Shown: in pieces, positions 18,826 to 28,718 of the stretch | How the letters are laid out: the number at the start of each line of letters is the position of its first letter | Numbering within the stretch: the first letter of the stretch is position 1 | NCBI GenBank assembly: GCA_964007735.1 | Contig: CAXGAI010000001.1 | Location: forward strand, 65,798-129,797 | Direction: 5' to 3' | DNA length: 64,000 nucleotides | From: an uncultured Rhodopirellula sp. | GTDB taxonomy: Bacteria > Planctomycetota > Planctomycetia > Pirellulales > Pirellulaceae | Translations under genes and position numbers: made by a program | Notes under the pieces: generated by a model | What the model was told of the DNA's origin: nothing | The model's database searches: none | Seen by the model: only the letters and a program-made list of their open reading frames with translations

Positions 18826-19884
18826 CTAGCTTTCAGCATCCCACAGGCGATGATAAACTTCCGCAATACCCCGCACTTCTCCTTCGATTGAAAACTGTTC
18901 TCTAACTCGACGCTGACAATCATCCGACATGGTTGGGATTGATTCTGGATCATCCATTAGCCGTTGGAGGTATTCTTTGAACTTGTTAGTGGCATGAACG
19001 GGAAAAATATATCCATTTGTTCCAGGTTCGATCATCGCGGCATACGCACCGGTATCTGCGGCTATCACGGGAGCCCCACTTGCCATGGCCTCAAGCGGAG
19101 TCAGACCGAACCCCTCATATCGAGATGGAGCGACGACAAAACTCATGGCGTTATAAACCGCCGGGACCTGCTCAAAAGGTACCTCGCCATACCAAATGAT
19201 TCTGTTCTCAAGTCCTGCAGCTTTGACTCTGGCCCGTAGATCATTGCTGAATCTTTCAAAGCCGGCTGTGACTTTTCCAACTAGAACTGCTCCAAAATCT
19301 GGATATTGCGGTAAGAGCTCAATCATGGCTTGGACAAAATAGTCGACTCCTTTTTCCGGGCGGACCCGACCAAACTGACCAATCGCGTATTTAAACGGGA
19401 ATCCGAGACGCTGTACAGCATCTTCACGTGAAACAGTAGGCCTGAACTTTTGGATATCTACGCCGTGATGAACAACTGCTGATACATTATCGAGAAAAGA
19501 GGCCGCTTTTTCACTTGTTGCTATTACCCTATCCATTTTGCTGATCAACCACCGAGGCCAGGCAGAGTGATGTCGAATGGCGGCAGAAGTAAAAACGATT
19601 CGGATGGGACAGCGAAGTACATGTTTGAAAAATAACGCCCATTGCATTTCGTTATTGCGCCGGACGTGGCAAATGTGGAATGGTTTGTCTGAAGGACGTT
19701 GCTTGAGCAATTTATACAATTTGGAAACGGTGAAGGACTCAAAACCATCAACGGGCAACTTAGACCAAATGTTAAGACGGAACTCTTTACGTTGATGGTG
19801 GACAAGGTTGCGGATGGTGGCACTAACACCGGTAATTCGACGGTGCAAATCCGTTACGACAACCTGAGCCGGATTCGAGGACAT
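18826..19884 (-). CDS. glycosyltransferase, GT4-like (group 1)
   Basis: 352 aa with RVRPEKGVDYFVQAM... and SRYEGFGLTPLEAMASGAPVIAADTGAYAAMIEPGTNGYIF, the GT4 E-x7-E region. Confidence 0.85.
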   Translation of the reverse strand: MSSNPAQVVVTDLHRRITGVSATIRNLVHHQRKEFRLNIWSKLPVDGFESFTVSKLYKLLKQRPSDKPFHICHVRRNNEMQWALFFKHVLRCPIRIVFTSAAIRHHSAWPRWLISKMDRVIATSEKAASFLDNVSAVVHHGVDIQKFRPTVSREDAVQRLGFPFKYAIGQFGRVRPEKGVDYFVQAMIELLPQYPDFGAVLVGKVTAGFERFSNDLRARVKAAGLENRIIWYGEVPFEQVPAVYNAMSFVVAPSRYEGFGLTPLEAMASGAPVIAADTGAYAAMIEPGTNGYIFPVHATNKFKEYLQRLMDDPESIPTMSDDCQRRVREQFSIEGEVRGIAEVYHRLWDAES

Positions 19885-20003
19885 TGTTAACTTTCTTTTT
19901 GAAACAAATGATGATCATCAGATCCTTCTGAGAAGCTAAATGAAGCATATTTGTGATCAAATCGGTGTTGCGACGATTAGTAAATCTAACTTACTTTACC
20001 CCA

Positions 20004-20669
20004 ATGTTGCTATCTCATTCTCACAAGTTTCTATTCATACATATCCCCAAAACGGCCGGATCTAGTATCACGTCTGCACTAGCACCCTATTGCGAACATC
20101 CAGAGCAGCATTGGTACAACCGAATGCTTAGAGGTATCGGTATCAATGTGAACTGGTATGGGCCGCTCAAAGTTCGAAATCCCAGAAAACACACGACCTT
20201 TAAACAGGCGGAGCAGATTTATTCTAAAGCGATGTTGAATTCATACTTCAAGTTTGCGTTTGTAAGGAATCCGTGGGACCTGATGGTCTCTTATTACCAT
20301 TACATTAAGTCAAGGAAAAATCACCATCGTAGCAGACATGTCAATCAACTGAAGAGCTTTAAGAGCTACCTGCACTACGAAATTGATCGGGCTAAGGTAT
20401 CTCAAAGTAAGTTTATTTGTGATCAGCACGACAACATGTTGGTCGACTTTGTGGGCCAATTTGAAAATTTGTCGGAAGACTTCCTGAAAATCTGTACATC
20501 GGTTGGCCTGGCAGGTGTCCGACTGGAACACCAGAACAAATCAGCACGAGGTCACTATCAAGAGTATTACGATCTGGAAACTCGAGAACTGGTCGCCCGG
20601 CATTGGGAGAGGGATATCGATCTTTTTAAGTATTCATTCGATGATTCCCACAGGACACTGATAGCCTAA
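20004..20669 (+). CDS. sulfotransferase family protein (PAPS-dependent, carbohydrate-sulfotransferase-like)
   Basis: 5'-PSB-like loop FLFIHIPKTAGSS and 3'-PB-like FAFVRNPWDLMVSYY. A ...FENLSEDF...HQNKS... tail follows. The ATG at 20004 is preferred over the GTG at 19953, by analogy with the paralogue downstream. Confidence 0.75.
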   Translation: MLLSHSHKFLFIHIPKTAGSSITSALAPYCEHPEQHWYNRMLRGIGINVNWYGPLKVRNPRKHTTFKQAEQIYSKAMLNSYFKFAFVRNPWDLMVSYYHYIKSRKNHHRSRHVNQLKSFKSYLHYEIDRAKVSQSKFICDQHDNMLVDFVGQFENLSEDFLKICTSVGLAGVRLEHQNKSARGHYQEYYDLETRELVARHWERDIDLFKYSFDDSHRTLIA

Positions 20670-20712
20670 CACGTTCCTGTATTCGGATTTCGTGAAATAA
20701 GGATTCACAATC

Positions 20713-21393
20713 GTGATAGTCTCTTACAAACATAAATTTATATTTGTGCACCTCGGCAGAACCGGTGGACGCAGCCTCAGCGAAAGCTTAATGCCCCATT
20801 GTGGCGCAGATGATATTATTACCCCCATTGGAGATCTTCCGGGACAAAACCATCGGGGCTGGCATCGTCATGAGTCAGCGTTAAGTATCAGAGACCGACT
20901 GGGAACAGATTTCTTTGACCAATGTTATGTATTCACCGTAGATAGAAATCCCTGGGACAAAGTCTTATCTAACTACTGGGCTTACAAAGGGTACTCTCAC
21001 GGAAGAGGCGGAAAAACGGAACAAATACCGATGATGGAGCGTCTTTGGCGTGCGATGAGTGGGTATCCCTGGACCTTCGATGCCTGGTTGAAATATCGAG
21101 AACTAAAAAGTAAATTGCCGGGAGCTTATACAAGGTTTCCAGTCACCTACGCGAAGTATACAGATACTGAAGGAAATATCATTGTCGACAAAATCTTCCA
21201 CTACGAACAATTTCAGGACGGGGTCGAAGAACTTTCAGCAAAACTAGGCTTTCAAATTAATTGGCGACAATCTCAAGGAGTAGGTACTCGCAAAAACAGA
21301 GAAAGTTATAAGACTCAGTATTCTCCATATGGCACACAATTGGTGGCAAACGTGTTTAGCAAGGAGATCGAATTACTTGGTTATACCTTTTGA
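20713..21393 (+). CDS. sulfotransferase family protein (second, divergent paralogue)
   Basis: FIFVHLGRTGGRSL (PSB-like loop with Arg in place of Lys) and FTVDRNPWDKVLSNYW (3'-PB-like). GTG start. Confidence 0.68.
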   Translation: MIVSYKHKFIFVHLGRTGGRSLSESLMPHCGADDIITPIGDLPGQNHRGWHRHESALSIRDRLGTDFFDQCYVFTVDRNPWDKVLSNYWAYKGYSHGRGGKTEQIPMMERLWRAMSGYPWTFDAWLKYRELKSKLPGAYTRFPVTYAKYTDTEGNIIVDKIFHYEQFQDGVEELSAKLGFQINWRQSQGVGTRKNRESYKTQYSPYGTQLVANVFSKEIELLGYTF

Positions 21394-21429
21394 GCGATGA
21401 ATGTGCGGCACGGCACCCGTTAATGTGAT

Positions 21430-23421
21430 GTGTCCCATCGTACAACTGAACAGGAAGATCGATCCTTGGCTAGAATTCAATATCGCCCGGAAATAGATGG
21501 CCTGAGAGCATTTGCCGTTCTGGCGGTAATCCTCTTCCATCTGGATATTGGTTTAACGGGAGGCTTTGTCGGTGTTGACATCTTCTTTGTCATTTCGGGC
21601 TTTCTAATCACGTCCATTATCATGGCTGATCTTGAAGCTGGGACGTTTAGCTTGAAGGCGTTCTGGATAAAACGTCTGAGACGACTGGCACCGGCAAACT
21701 TTATGATGCTTTCAGCGACCCTGTTGCTTGGCCTGATCGTATTACTCCCCGGTGAATTAGTAAGTTTGGCAAAAGCTCAGCTAGCCCAGATCGTCCTATT
21801 TGCTAACTTCCACTTCGCTTTTCGTATTGATTATTTCGATCCGATTGCGGCTTTAAATCCATTGCTACATACCTGGTCCTTAGCAGTGGAAGAGCATTTC
21901 TATCTAGTCTTGCCTTTGTTACTGTTGCTGTGTTTTAAGCGAGGGAAGCGTGTAGTGCTTTCAACGGTCGTTGGACTAATGGTATTGTCATTCCTCTTTA
22001 GTCTTTGGCGTGTTGAACAAAATCAGGCGCTGGCTTTTTATTTGTTACCTTCACGCGCGTGGGAGCTACTGCTTGGATGTGGTTTGGCATTCCTGCCGCC
22101 CACATCTAAAAAGACCTCATTGAAGCAGGGCTTGTTCCAGGTGGTGATCTCATCCGCTTCTTTGATTGCACTGGGTTACTGTGTTACGTGCTATGACGAA
22201 ACGACGCTTTTTCCCGGAGCAAACGCCTTACTGCCCTGCATCGCAACGGTTGGTTTGATTTACGGAACGCAGCACGACAACTTTGTGAGACGATGGCTGT
22301 CCCTGCAATGGCTTGTCGGCATCGGTTTGATATCATATTCGTTATATCTCTGGCACTGGCCCATCATTGTTTTTACAAAACTTGCTTTTCGATTCGAACC
22401 GTCCCTTTCCTCGTCGTTGCTTTTGGTGATACTTTGCTTCGTTCCGGCTTATCTATCCTGGAAATATATTGAGCAACCGTTTCGAAAACGTGCGTGGTGT
22501 TTCAGTGATAAGAAATTTCTTTTAGGCGTGCTGGCGTTAGGAACCTTCTTTGTTATTAGTTCACTCCTGATCATCCGAATGCATGGGCTTCCGGAACGAT
22601 TTGATCCAAAGTTGTATGATGTGGTTCATGCGTCAGTCTCCAATAGATTTCAACGTTCATCAGCAGAGGCAATACAACAACGTGGGCTCCCGATGGTTGG
22701 AGCGGATGATGGTACAACTCGGTTTGTTGTTTGGGGAGATTCACATGCGGCGGCAATCTCGGAACTGGTCCAGGATCTTGCGAAGGAAGTCGGTGTAACG
22801 GGATACATTGCTTGCCGTAATGCCACCATCCCTTTACTCAAAGAAGGTTCGTATGGTCGTTCAGACCAGCAGGTCTGGAATGAAGCCGTTTATGAGTTTA
22901 TCAAGCAGAAGCAAATCAAGAATGTGATCTTTGTAGCTCGCTGGAGTGGATATATCAATCGGCAGGCTGGACGTCTACAACGTTATTCGCATGCGGAATT
23001 TGATGATGCTGTGCGTGTCACGTTACAACGCCTTGCATCGGAGGGCATTCATGTTTGGATTCTTCCACAGGTTCCAGAGCAAGAGATCGATATTAGTCGC
23101 GCGATCTTAACGGCAGATCGTACAAACAGTTCGGTTCCCTACGGGGTTAGTCTTGAACAATATCAGGAAAACCAAGCACGGGTTTACAGCGCCTTTCATC
23201 AGGGCTCATTATCAGGACTAACGGTACTTGATCTGACCACGTCTTGTTTTCGAGACGGCCGTTCACGAATTGGGCAAGTAGATGGAACGTACTACACGGA
23301 TGATAATCACCTGAGTTTGTTGGGTTCCCAAGTCCTTATAAAGCCTGTTCTGAAACCGCTCTTCGAGCAGTTTATCGAGACGCCCGCAAGGGCCGCTCAA
23401 GATTCATCGCCAGGCATGTGA
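21430..23421 (+). CDS. acyltransferase family 3 (OafA/YrhL-like) membrane O-acyltransferase with a C-terminal SGNH-like domain
   Basis: YRPEIDGLRAFAVLAVILFH...VDIFFVISGFLIT...HTWSLAVEEHFYL is the AT3 signature. About 10 TM segments are followed by a soluble ~270-aa C-terminal domain (VVWGDSHA..., ...YTDDNHLS), as in OafA. Confidence 0.85.
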   Translation: MSHRTTEQEDRSLARIQYRPEIDGLRAFAVLAVILFHLDIGLTGGFVGVDIFFVISGFLITSIIMADLEAGTFSLKAFWIKRLRRLAPANFMMLSATLLLGLIVLLPGELVSLAKAQLAQIVLFANFHFAFRIDYFDPIAALNPLLHTWSLAVEEHFYLVLPLLLLLCFKRGKRVVLSTVVGLMVLSFLFSLWRVEQNQALAFYLLPSRAWELLLGCGLAFLPPTSKKTSLKQGLFQVVISSASLIALGYCVTCYDETTLFPGANALLPCIATVGLIYGTQHDNFVRRWLSLQWLVGIGLISYSLYLWHWPIIVFTKLAFRFEPSLSSSLLLVILCFVPAYLSWKYIEQPFRKRAWCFSDKKFLLGVLALGTFFVISSLLIIRMHGLPERFDPKLYDVVHASVSNRFQRSSAEAIQQRGLPMVGADDGTTRFVVWGDSHAAAISELVQDLAKEVGVTGYIACRNATIPLLKEGSYGRSDQQVWNEAVYEFIKQKQIKNVIFVARWSGYINRQAGRLQRYSHAEFDDAVRVTLQRLASEGIHVWILPQVPEQEIDISRAILTADRTNSSVPYGVSLEQYQENQARVYSAFHQGSLSGLTVLDLTTSCFRDGRSRIGQVDGTYYTDDNHLSLLGSQVLIKPVLKPLFEQFIETPARAAQDSSPGM

Positions 23422-23454
23422 GTCCGGTCCGAGCGACACTCCTCCCGACGTTCT

Positions 23455-24711
23455 TTATGGAGAGGAAATTATCTCATACGACAGCGTTTGTTGTTCGTTC
23501 ACGATCATCAGTTCATTCGACTTTGTCGTGAACAATGCGGAATAGACAGGCAGAGGTTTAACGTTTTTTTGAATGGGGCTGCCATCGGTGGCCGACCATA
23601 CCGCAACAACCTGATCTTCGCCCGCGGTTACAAATTGTCTTCCCGAAGGGGAAATGTCCAAGCCATAGATTGGAGCTCGATGTTTCACGATTGTTGTGCC
23701 ACTCAGAGTACCATCGAGATTAAAGAATCGAGCAGTATGATCGCGGCTGGCACTGGCCAGTGTCGTATTGTCCGGCCCAAAAACAAGTCTCGTAATTACG
23801 CCTTGGTGTGCATCTTTATGAACGACTCGTTTCTTAATCCCGTTAGTTTCATTGAATTCCCAAACAGTGACATTGCCATCCCAATCACCGGTGGCCAAAA
23901 ATGACTCGTTGGGCGACACGGCGATGGCTGAAACAGATCGATTTGCTGCCGGCTCCGTGTGGAGCAGGTTACCATCAGTAAGATTCCATATTTTCACCAA
24001 ACCGGATCGATCTCCGGTGATCGCAATATTTCGACTTGGGATCACCGCAGCACAAAAGATGTCTCCGGAAGTATTGATAATACGGTGAAGGAATTCCTGC
24101 GTCTCGAGATTAATGATGGTCATGACCCCACCTTCATTGGCAGAGATAATATGGGAACCATCATGCGCCAAACTTAATGCGGTAAACCGTGTGGGTGCTC
24201 GAATGTTCGTTGTTTTATAGTTTGGGTTCGGTTCTAGCAAGTCTTGAATTTCGGCGAACATCGTGGTGGATGTAGCGGGCATTTCCGGTGCGATTGCTAC
24301 GCGACGACCATCAAGCGATTTGGTCATTAGGCGAGTCGCGCCCTCTTCTAAAGGCAATGGGAAGGTTACATTCTTATAGATTATCCGTGGATCCAATTCA
24401 TTTTGAACCGGAATTCCGTGCACCCTCCATTGACGAACGGCTTCTTCAATTTCGTTTTTAGGAGCATTGAGCAACATCAGAACAGAAGCATAGTTGTAGA
24501 AGTAACTGGCATCGTCTTTATAGTTTTGGCTTATCGCCATCTCCAGATTCTCTTTCGCGGCCTCCAAGTCATAACGAAGGTACACGGCTCGATCGGCTTC
24601 GAGGCATATGGAGCCAGGACGTTGAGGATAAAGTTCTATTAACAACTCGGCCGCTGGATTTGGTTGAGCCATGACGGGTACGAAATTGGATGTTGGTTCA
24701 ACGTAATTCAA
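23455..24711 (-). CDS. WD40-repeat (beta-propeller) protein with a TPR-like N-terminal region
   Basis: Repeats such as ITGDRSGLVKIWNL, LATGDWDGNVTVWEF, LASASRDHTARFFNL and VTAGEDQVVAVWSA. Confidence 0.8.
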   Translation of the reverse strand: MNYVEPTSNFVPVMAQPNPAAELLIELYPQRPGSICLEADRAVYLRYDLEAAKENLEMAISQNYKDDASYFYNYASVLMLLNAPKNEIEEAVRQWRVHGIPVQNELDPRIIYKNVTFPLPLEEGATRLMTKSLDGRRVAIAPEMPATSTTMFAEIQDLLEPNPNYKTTNIRAPTRFTALSLAHDGSHIISANEGGVMTIINLETQEFLHRIINTSGDIFCAAVIPSRNIAITGDRSGLVKIWNLTDGNLLHTEPAANRSVSAIAVSPNESFLATGDWDGNVTVWEFNETNGIKKRVVHKDAHQGVITRLVFGPDNTTLASASRDHTARFFNLDGTLSGTTIVKHRAPIYGLDISPSGRQFVTAGEDQVVAVWSATDGSPIQKNVKPLPVYSALFTTKSNELMIVNEQQTLSYEIISSP

Positions 24712-24786
24712 TTCGTAGTACGCACCCCCGGCAAAGGCGAGGGTGATGATACACAGGATTCGGTATTTCTGGAGTAATTCGATGAT

Positions 24787-25908
24787 CTATAGCCCCTTCT
24801 GCACTTTTTTGTCGCGCACCTTCCAGATGAACGAATCGAAGTAGAAGTGTGTCATCCCAAACCCTGCCACCAGGATTTCCGCATAAAGCCCCTGCCACAT
24901 AGCATCGGTCATGCCAACAGCCTTGAGTGATTCGATCGTGCGATCAACTTCAGAGATTCTGAAAACACCAAATCCGAAAACTTCCAGTGGTTCCATGAGG
25001 ACGATCTGGAATAAAGCCGCATAAACTAGGCTGACTGCTATAAAGACCCAAATGCGTTTGGAGCCTACCATGTAGCGGACCATCTTGAAGCCGAGGCCTT
25101 CAATTGGAATATTGTCGCTTTTGTCAGATTCCGCTTTTCGACGTAAATACCAATACACAATGATGATGTATTGCAGTCCGTGCATGATTCGGTGAGCGAT
25201 ACCCCAAACTAAAACGGAGGAAGCGTGCCAGGCACAGAAGTACCACAGGAAGTAACTTGAGCCGATGAAAAGGTATTTGACCGGATTGATTTTATTTCCT
25301 CGGCGCGCACCGTCAACTAATTGCCAGAGGTAAAAGATGCCGTAACAGGCAGTGAGCGTCCAGCTGCATGTTTGAATTGCATGGACGGTACCCGCTTCAG
25401 GTAATAAGCCCATGGCGGCGAACTGGGCTAGCCAGATGGTGCTGAACAACGGTGAGGTGATCAACATGTTCCCAAAGAAGATCCAGTGAAATCCGAGATC
25501 AATTTTGCCGCTGCGGCGGGAGCCTGTGCCAGACTTAAAGTCATAAATCCGACTAAACCCATGCTGTTGCATGATGCTGTGCTGATGATCCCACAGTACA
25601 TTCACCATGAAAAAGGTGAGAGGTACATAGATGGCACCCAGAATCGTCAGCGAGAAAATGATCATTGGACCGACAATCAATCGTTGGCTCCACCGAGAAA
25701 GATCCTCCTTAAAACCATAGGTACGTAGCCAGGTCGCAAAGTGGTGAGGAATGGTAATCCACAGACTGATCGAAGCCAGCGCTACAGCGGGTAGCCACAT
25801 CTGGCAGCTAATAGCGAACAGAACTGCAATATACGGAAGCCCGAGAAACCAGATCGCGTCTCCGCGGCGGTTCAAGATATACCCGGACTGAAAAGTAGCA
25901 GATTTCAC
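24787..25908 (-). CDS. hypothetical polytopic membrane protein with conserved-looking His motifs
   Basis: 373 aa with about 9-10 hydrophobic segments. His clusters: PHHFATW, WDHQHSIMQQHGF, AHRIMHGLQY and THFYFDSFIWK. I do not recognise the family. Confidence 0.6.
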   Translation of the reverse strand: MKSATFQSGYILNRRGDAIWFLGLPYIAVLFAISCQMWLPAVALASISLWITIPHHFATWLRTYGFKEDLSRWSQRLIVGPMIIFSLTILGAIYVPLTFFMVNVLWDHQHSIMQQHGFSRIYDFKSGTGSRRSGKIDLGFHWIFFGNMLITSPLFSTIWLAQFAAMGLLPEAGTVHAIQTCSWTLTACYGIFYLWQLVDGARRGNKINPVKYLFIGSSYFLWYFCAWHASSVLVWGIAHRIMHGLQYIIIVYWYLRRKAESDKSDNIPIEGLGFKMVRYMVGSKRIWVFIAVSLVYAALFQIVLMEPLEVFGFGVFRISEVDRTIESLKAVGMTDAMWQGLYAEILVAGFGMTHFYFDSFIWKVRDKKVQKGL

Positions 25909-25955
25909 AATGTCGGCTCGCAGTAGCGTGGTCGCTGGGGCTGGCTCATAGTCAA

Positions 25956-27290
25956 TTATTGACGATGTTTTGTCATAATGGCTTCAAATTTAGAGACCAA
26001 TTCTGGATGTTTCTCTGCAAGGTTGGTTTGTTCACCAACATCTTCAGACAAGTCATAGAGCTCAGTCTTTGTTTTGTCGTCCACTCGGACGGCCTTCCAG
26101 TTTCCCTGACGCACAGCAAATTTGCTCCCGGCACGCCAAAATAGATAGTCATGTGTTGGTTGAGATTTCCCAAGTAAGGTGGGTAGGTAGGAGATACCAT
26201 CAGTGTCTTCAGAGGCACTGATTCCGGCTAATTCACATGCGGTTGGAAGAAAGTCCCAAAATGCGGATGGATGATCCGAGGTCGAATCGGCTTTGATTTT
26301 ATCAGGCCACCGAGCGATCATTGGGACGCGTATACCACCGTCATAAAGGTCTCGTTTGTAACCTCGCAACTCACCATTGGAATTAAAAAATTCCATCTTG
26401 TGCCCGCCCTCCTGATGCGGACCATTGTCGGAGGTAAAGATAACCAGAGTGTTCTTGTCAATGCCGAGTGTTTTTAGCAGAGACATCATTTCGCCGATGT
26501 CACTATCTAGTCGCGTGATCATCGCAGCGAAGCCCTTTTCTGGTTCTGGCCAGTCTTTCGTGGCAAACTCACCGTGGTCCGGAACTTCCTGACCATTGCC
26601 TGTTGCTCTTCCACCTTCGTTGTTGGTGTGCGGGATAGTGTAATGAGCCTGTAAGAAGAAAGGTTTGCGAGAGTGTTGTCGGATGAAGTTGAGAGCTTTG
26701 GTGTGCATGACGTCATGAGAATATGTCTCACGTTGAGTGGATACATTTTTCTGTGGGCCCTCTACATTTCCCGACAAAATATACTGTTCTTCGTTTTCCC
26801 ATAAGTATTCCGGATAAAAGTTATGAGCGCGGCTTTGATTCAAATAACCAAACCAATAGTCAAAACCTTGTTTTGATGGAACACCTTCTGTCTTAGGTAA
26901 TCCCAATGCCCATTTGCCGACGCCGCCGGTGGTATAACCAGCATCTTTCAGCAGTGTCGTGACAGTTTCAGCATTTTTAGGTAGCGTGTAGGGAGCATTC
27001 CCGTGAATGGGAGTATTACCACTGTGTTTGCCGGTCAGTAAAACTAGTCTTGAGGGACGGCAGACTGTATGCCCTGAGTAATGATCCGTGAAACGCATAC
27101 CTTCTTTGGCAATCTGGTCGATGTGCGGTGTCTTAAGAGTCGTTTGTCCATAGCAACTAAGATCTCCATAACCCATGTCATCTACCATGATGTAGATGAT
27201 GTTAGGCAACTCTTTGCTGCTCTGCGCCTGTAGATGTGGCACGAATAGCAAAAAAATGAGTGATAGTGCCGTAGGCAGTTGTTTGAGCAT
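25956..27290 (-). CDS. arylsulfatase-family (type I, Cys-type) sulfatase
   Basis: Signal peptide. NIIYIMVDDMGYGDL and the FGly target motif TVCRPSRLVLLTGK (C-x-P-x-R). FTSDNGP also present. Confidence 0.9.
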   Translation of the reverse strand: MLKQLPTALSLIFLLFVPHLQAQSSKELPNIIYIMVDDMGYGDLSCYGQTTLKTPHIDQIAKEGMRFTDHYSGHTVCRPSRLVLLTGKHSGNTPIHGNAPYTLPKNAETVTTLLKDAGYTTGGVGKWALGLPKTEGVPSKQGFDYWFGYLNQSRAHNFYPEYLWENEEQYILSGNVEGPQKNVSTQRETYSHDVMHTKALNFIRQHSRKPFFLQAHYTIPHTNNEGGRATGNGQEVPDHGEFATKDWPEPEKGFAAMITRLDSDIGEMMSLLKTLGIDKNTLVIFTSDNGPHQEGGHKMEFFNSNGELRGYKRDLYDGGIRVPMIARWPDKIKADSTSDHPSAFWDFLPTACELAGISASEDTDGISYLPTLLGKSQPTHDYLFWRAGSKFAVRQGNWKAVRVDDKTKTELYDLSEDVGEQTNLAEKHPELVSKFEAIMTKHRQ

Positions 27291-27576
27291 CGTACTTGGA
27301 CCTGGAATTCTAGTAATAGAAGATTAGCATTATCGCTTGATTATAACGCTCTGGATTCGTATCTGGTATCTGCTCGATTGATTCGATGACCTCTAGATAC
27401 TCCTTTAAAATAGATATCATCGACCCTTACAGGTTTCCCAGTTTGCCGCTTTGTATTAATTCTTAAAAATTCTGCTAGATTGCTTACAGACGATAGCTGA
27501 AATCACTGTTAGATTGAGTAACTCGTAATCCACACCGCTAGCTCGAGCCGGGCGGTATCTAATTTAAGGATTTTGA

Positions 27577-28557
27577 ATGCAAGTTTTAGTTACAGGCGGT
27601 ACCGGCTTTGTCGGTAATAACGTAGTAAGAATGCTGTTAGATCACGGCCATGAAGTACGTGTTTTAGTTCGGGATGCTAATCCACAGCCATGTTTTGATT
27701 GCCTCGATGTTGAATTGATCGAAGGCGATATCTGTGATTTTGAGAGTATTGTCTTTGCCTGTGAAGGAGTCGATGCCGTTATTCATTCGGCGGCGATGGT
27801 TCATATCGGTTGGTCACAATTAGATCGCCAACGTGAAGTTAATGTTGGCGGTACGATGAATCTTGCTAAAGCAGCACTATCGAATGACATTCGGATGGTT
27901 TATGTCTCCAGTGTGGATGCGCTTGGTATTGGAAGCGAAGAACATCCAGCGGATGAAGATAGCCCTCGTATTGGGAAGATCCCATGTTCTTATGTTGTCA
28001 GCAAATCAGAAGCTGAACAAAAGCTCAGGAAGTTTATCGATGATGGTTTGGACGCAGTCATTGTCAATCCTGGTTTTATGTTGGGGCCGAATGATTGGAA
28101 GCCGTCTTCAGGTAGAATGTTGCTCGAAGTGGCTGAAAAGAATCCTCCCATCGCGCCAAGTGGAGGCATGACGATTTGTCATATTGAGGATGTGGCTTCA
28201 GGTATCGTTGCGGCACTTGAAAAAGGAGTTGCCGGTCGAAATTATATTTTGGGTGGCACGAGAATGTCTTATTTGGATGCCTGGAGTTTGTTTGCAGACG
28301 TTGCAGGAAATAAACCTCCGAAACGCAAGATGGGTAGAGTCATTACGACAATTGCGGGATGTATTGGTGATATCATCTCTAAACTCTCACGCCGTGAATC
28401 CGATATTAATTCAGCAGCGATCAAAATGGGATCGTTATTTCATTACTACGATTGTTCCCGAGCCATTGAAGAATTGGATTATACGATTACCGATCCGAGA
28501 CAAACAGTTGAGGATGCCTGGGAGTGGTTCAACGAAAATGGCTACGTTGCCAAGTAA
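27577..28557 (+). CDS. NAD-dependent epimerase/dehydratase family (extended SDR)
   Basis: MQVLVTGGTGFVGNNVVRML (TGxxGxxG) and the catalytic YVVSK (YxxxK). Confidence 0.85.
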   Translation: MQVLVTGGTGFVGNNVVRMLLDHGHEVRVLVRDANPQPCFDCLDVELIEGDICDFESIVFACEGVDAVIHSAAMVHIGWSQLDRQREVNVGGTMNLAKAALSNDIRMVYVSSVDALGIGSEEHPADEDSPRIGKIPCSYVVSKSEAEQKLRKFIDDGLDAVIVNPGFMLGPNDWKPSSGRMLLEVAEKNPPIAPSGGMTICHIEDVASGIVAALEKGVAGRNYILGGTRMSYLDAWSLFADVAGNKPPKRKMGRVITTIAGCIGDIISKLSRRESDINSAAIKMGSLFHYYDCSRAIEELDYTITDPRQTVEDAWEWFNENGYVAK

Positions 28558-28718
28558 GTGATGCCGGACAAATCAATTAATATTTAGCCGGGCTCTCATG
28601 CCGGATCTATGGAGTGCCCTGCTCTATCGCTTATTTCATTCGCGATCGATTCTCAGATGAAGATTCGCTCCAAACGAGTTAAAATAAAGCGTTGTCTTAA
28701 TTGTGTAGGGGCTGGGCG

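Noticed and set aside
19953-21393. Low-GC signature suggesting horizontal acquisition of the sulfotransferase genes
   Set aside because: Hand counts of a handful of 60-nt lines gave 37-52% GC inside the genes, against about 55% in one line of the DUF1501 gene. That is too noisy to support a claim without a proper windowed calculation.
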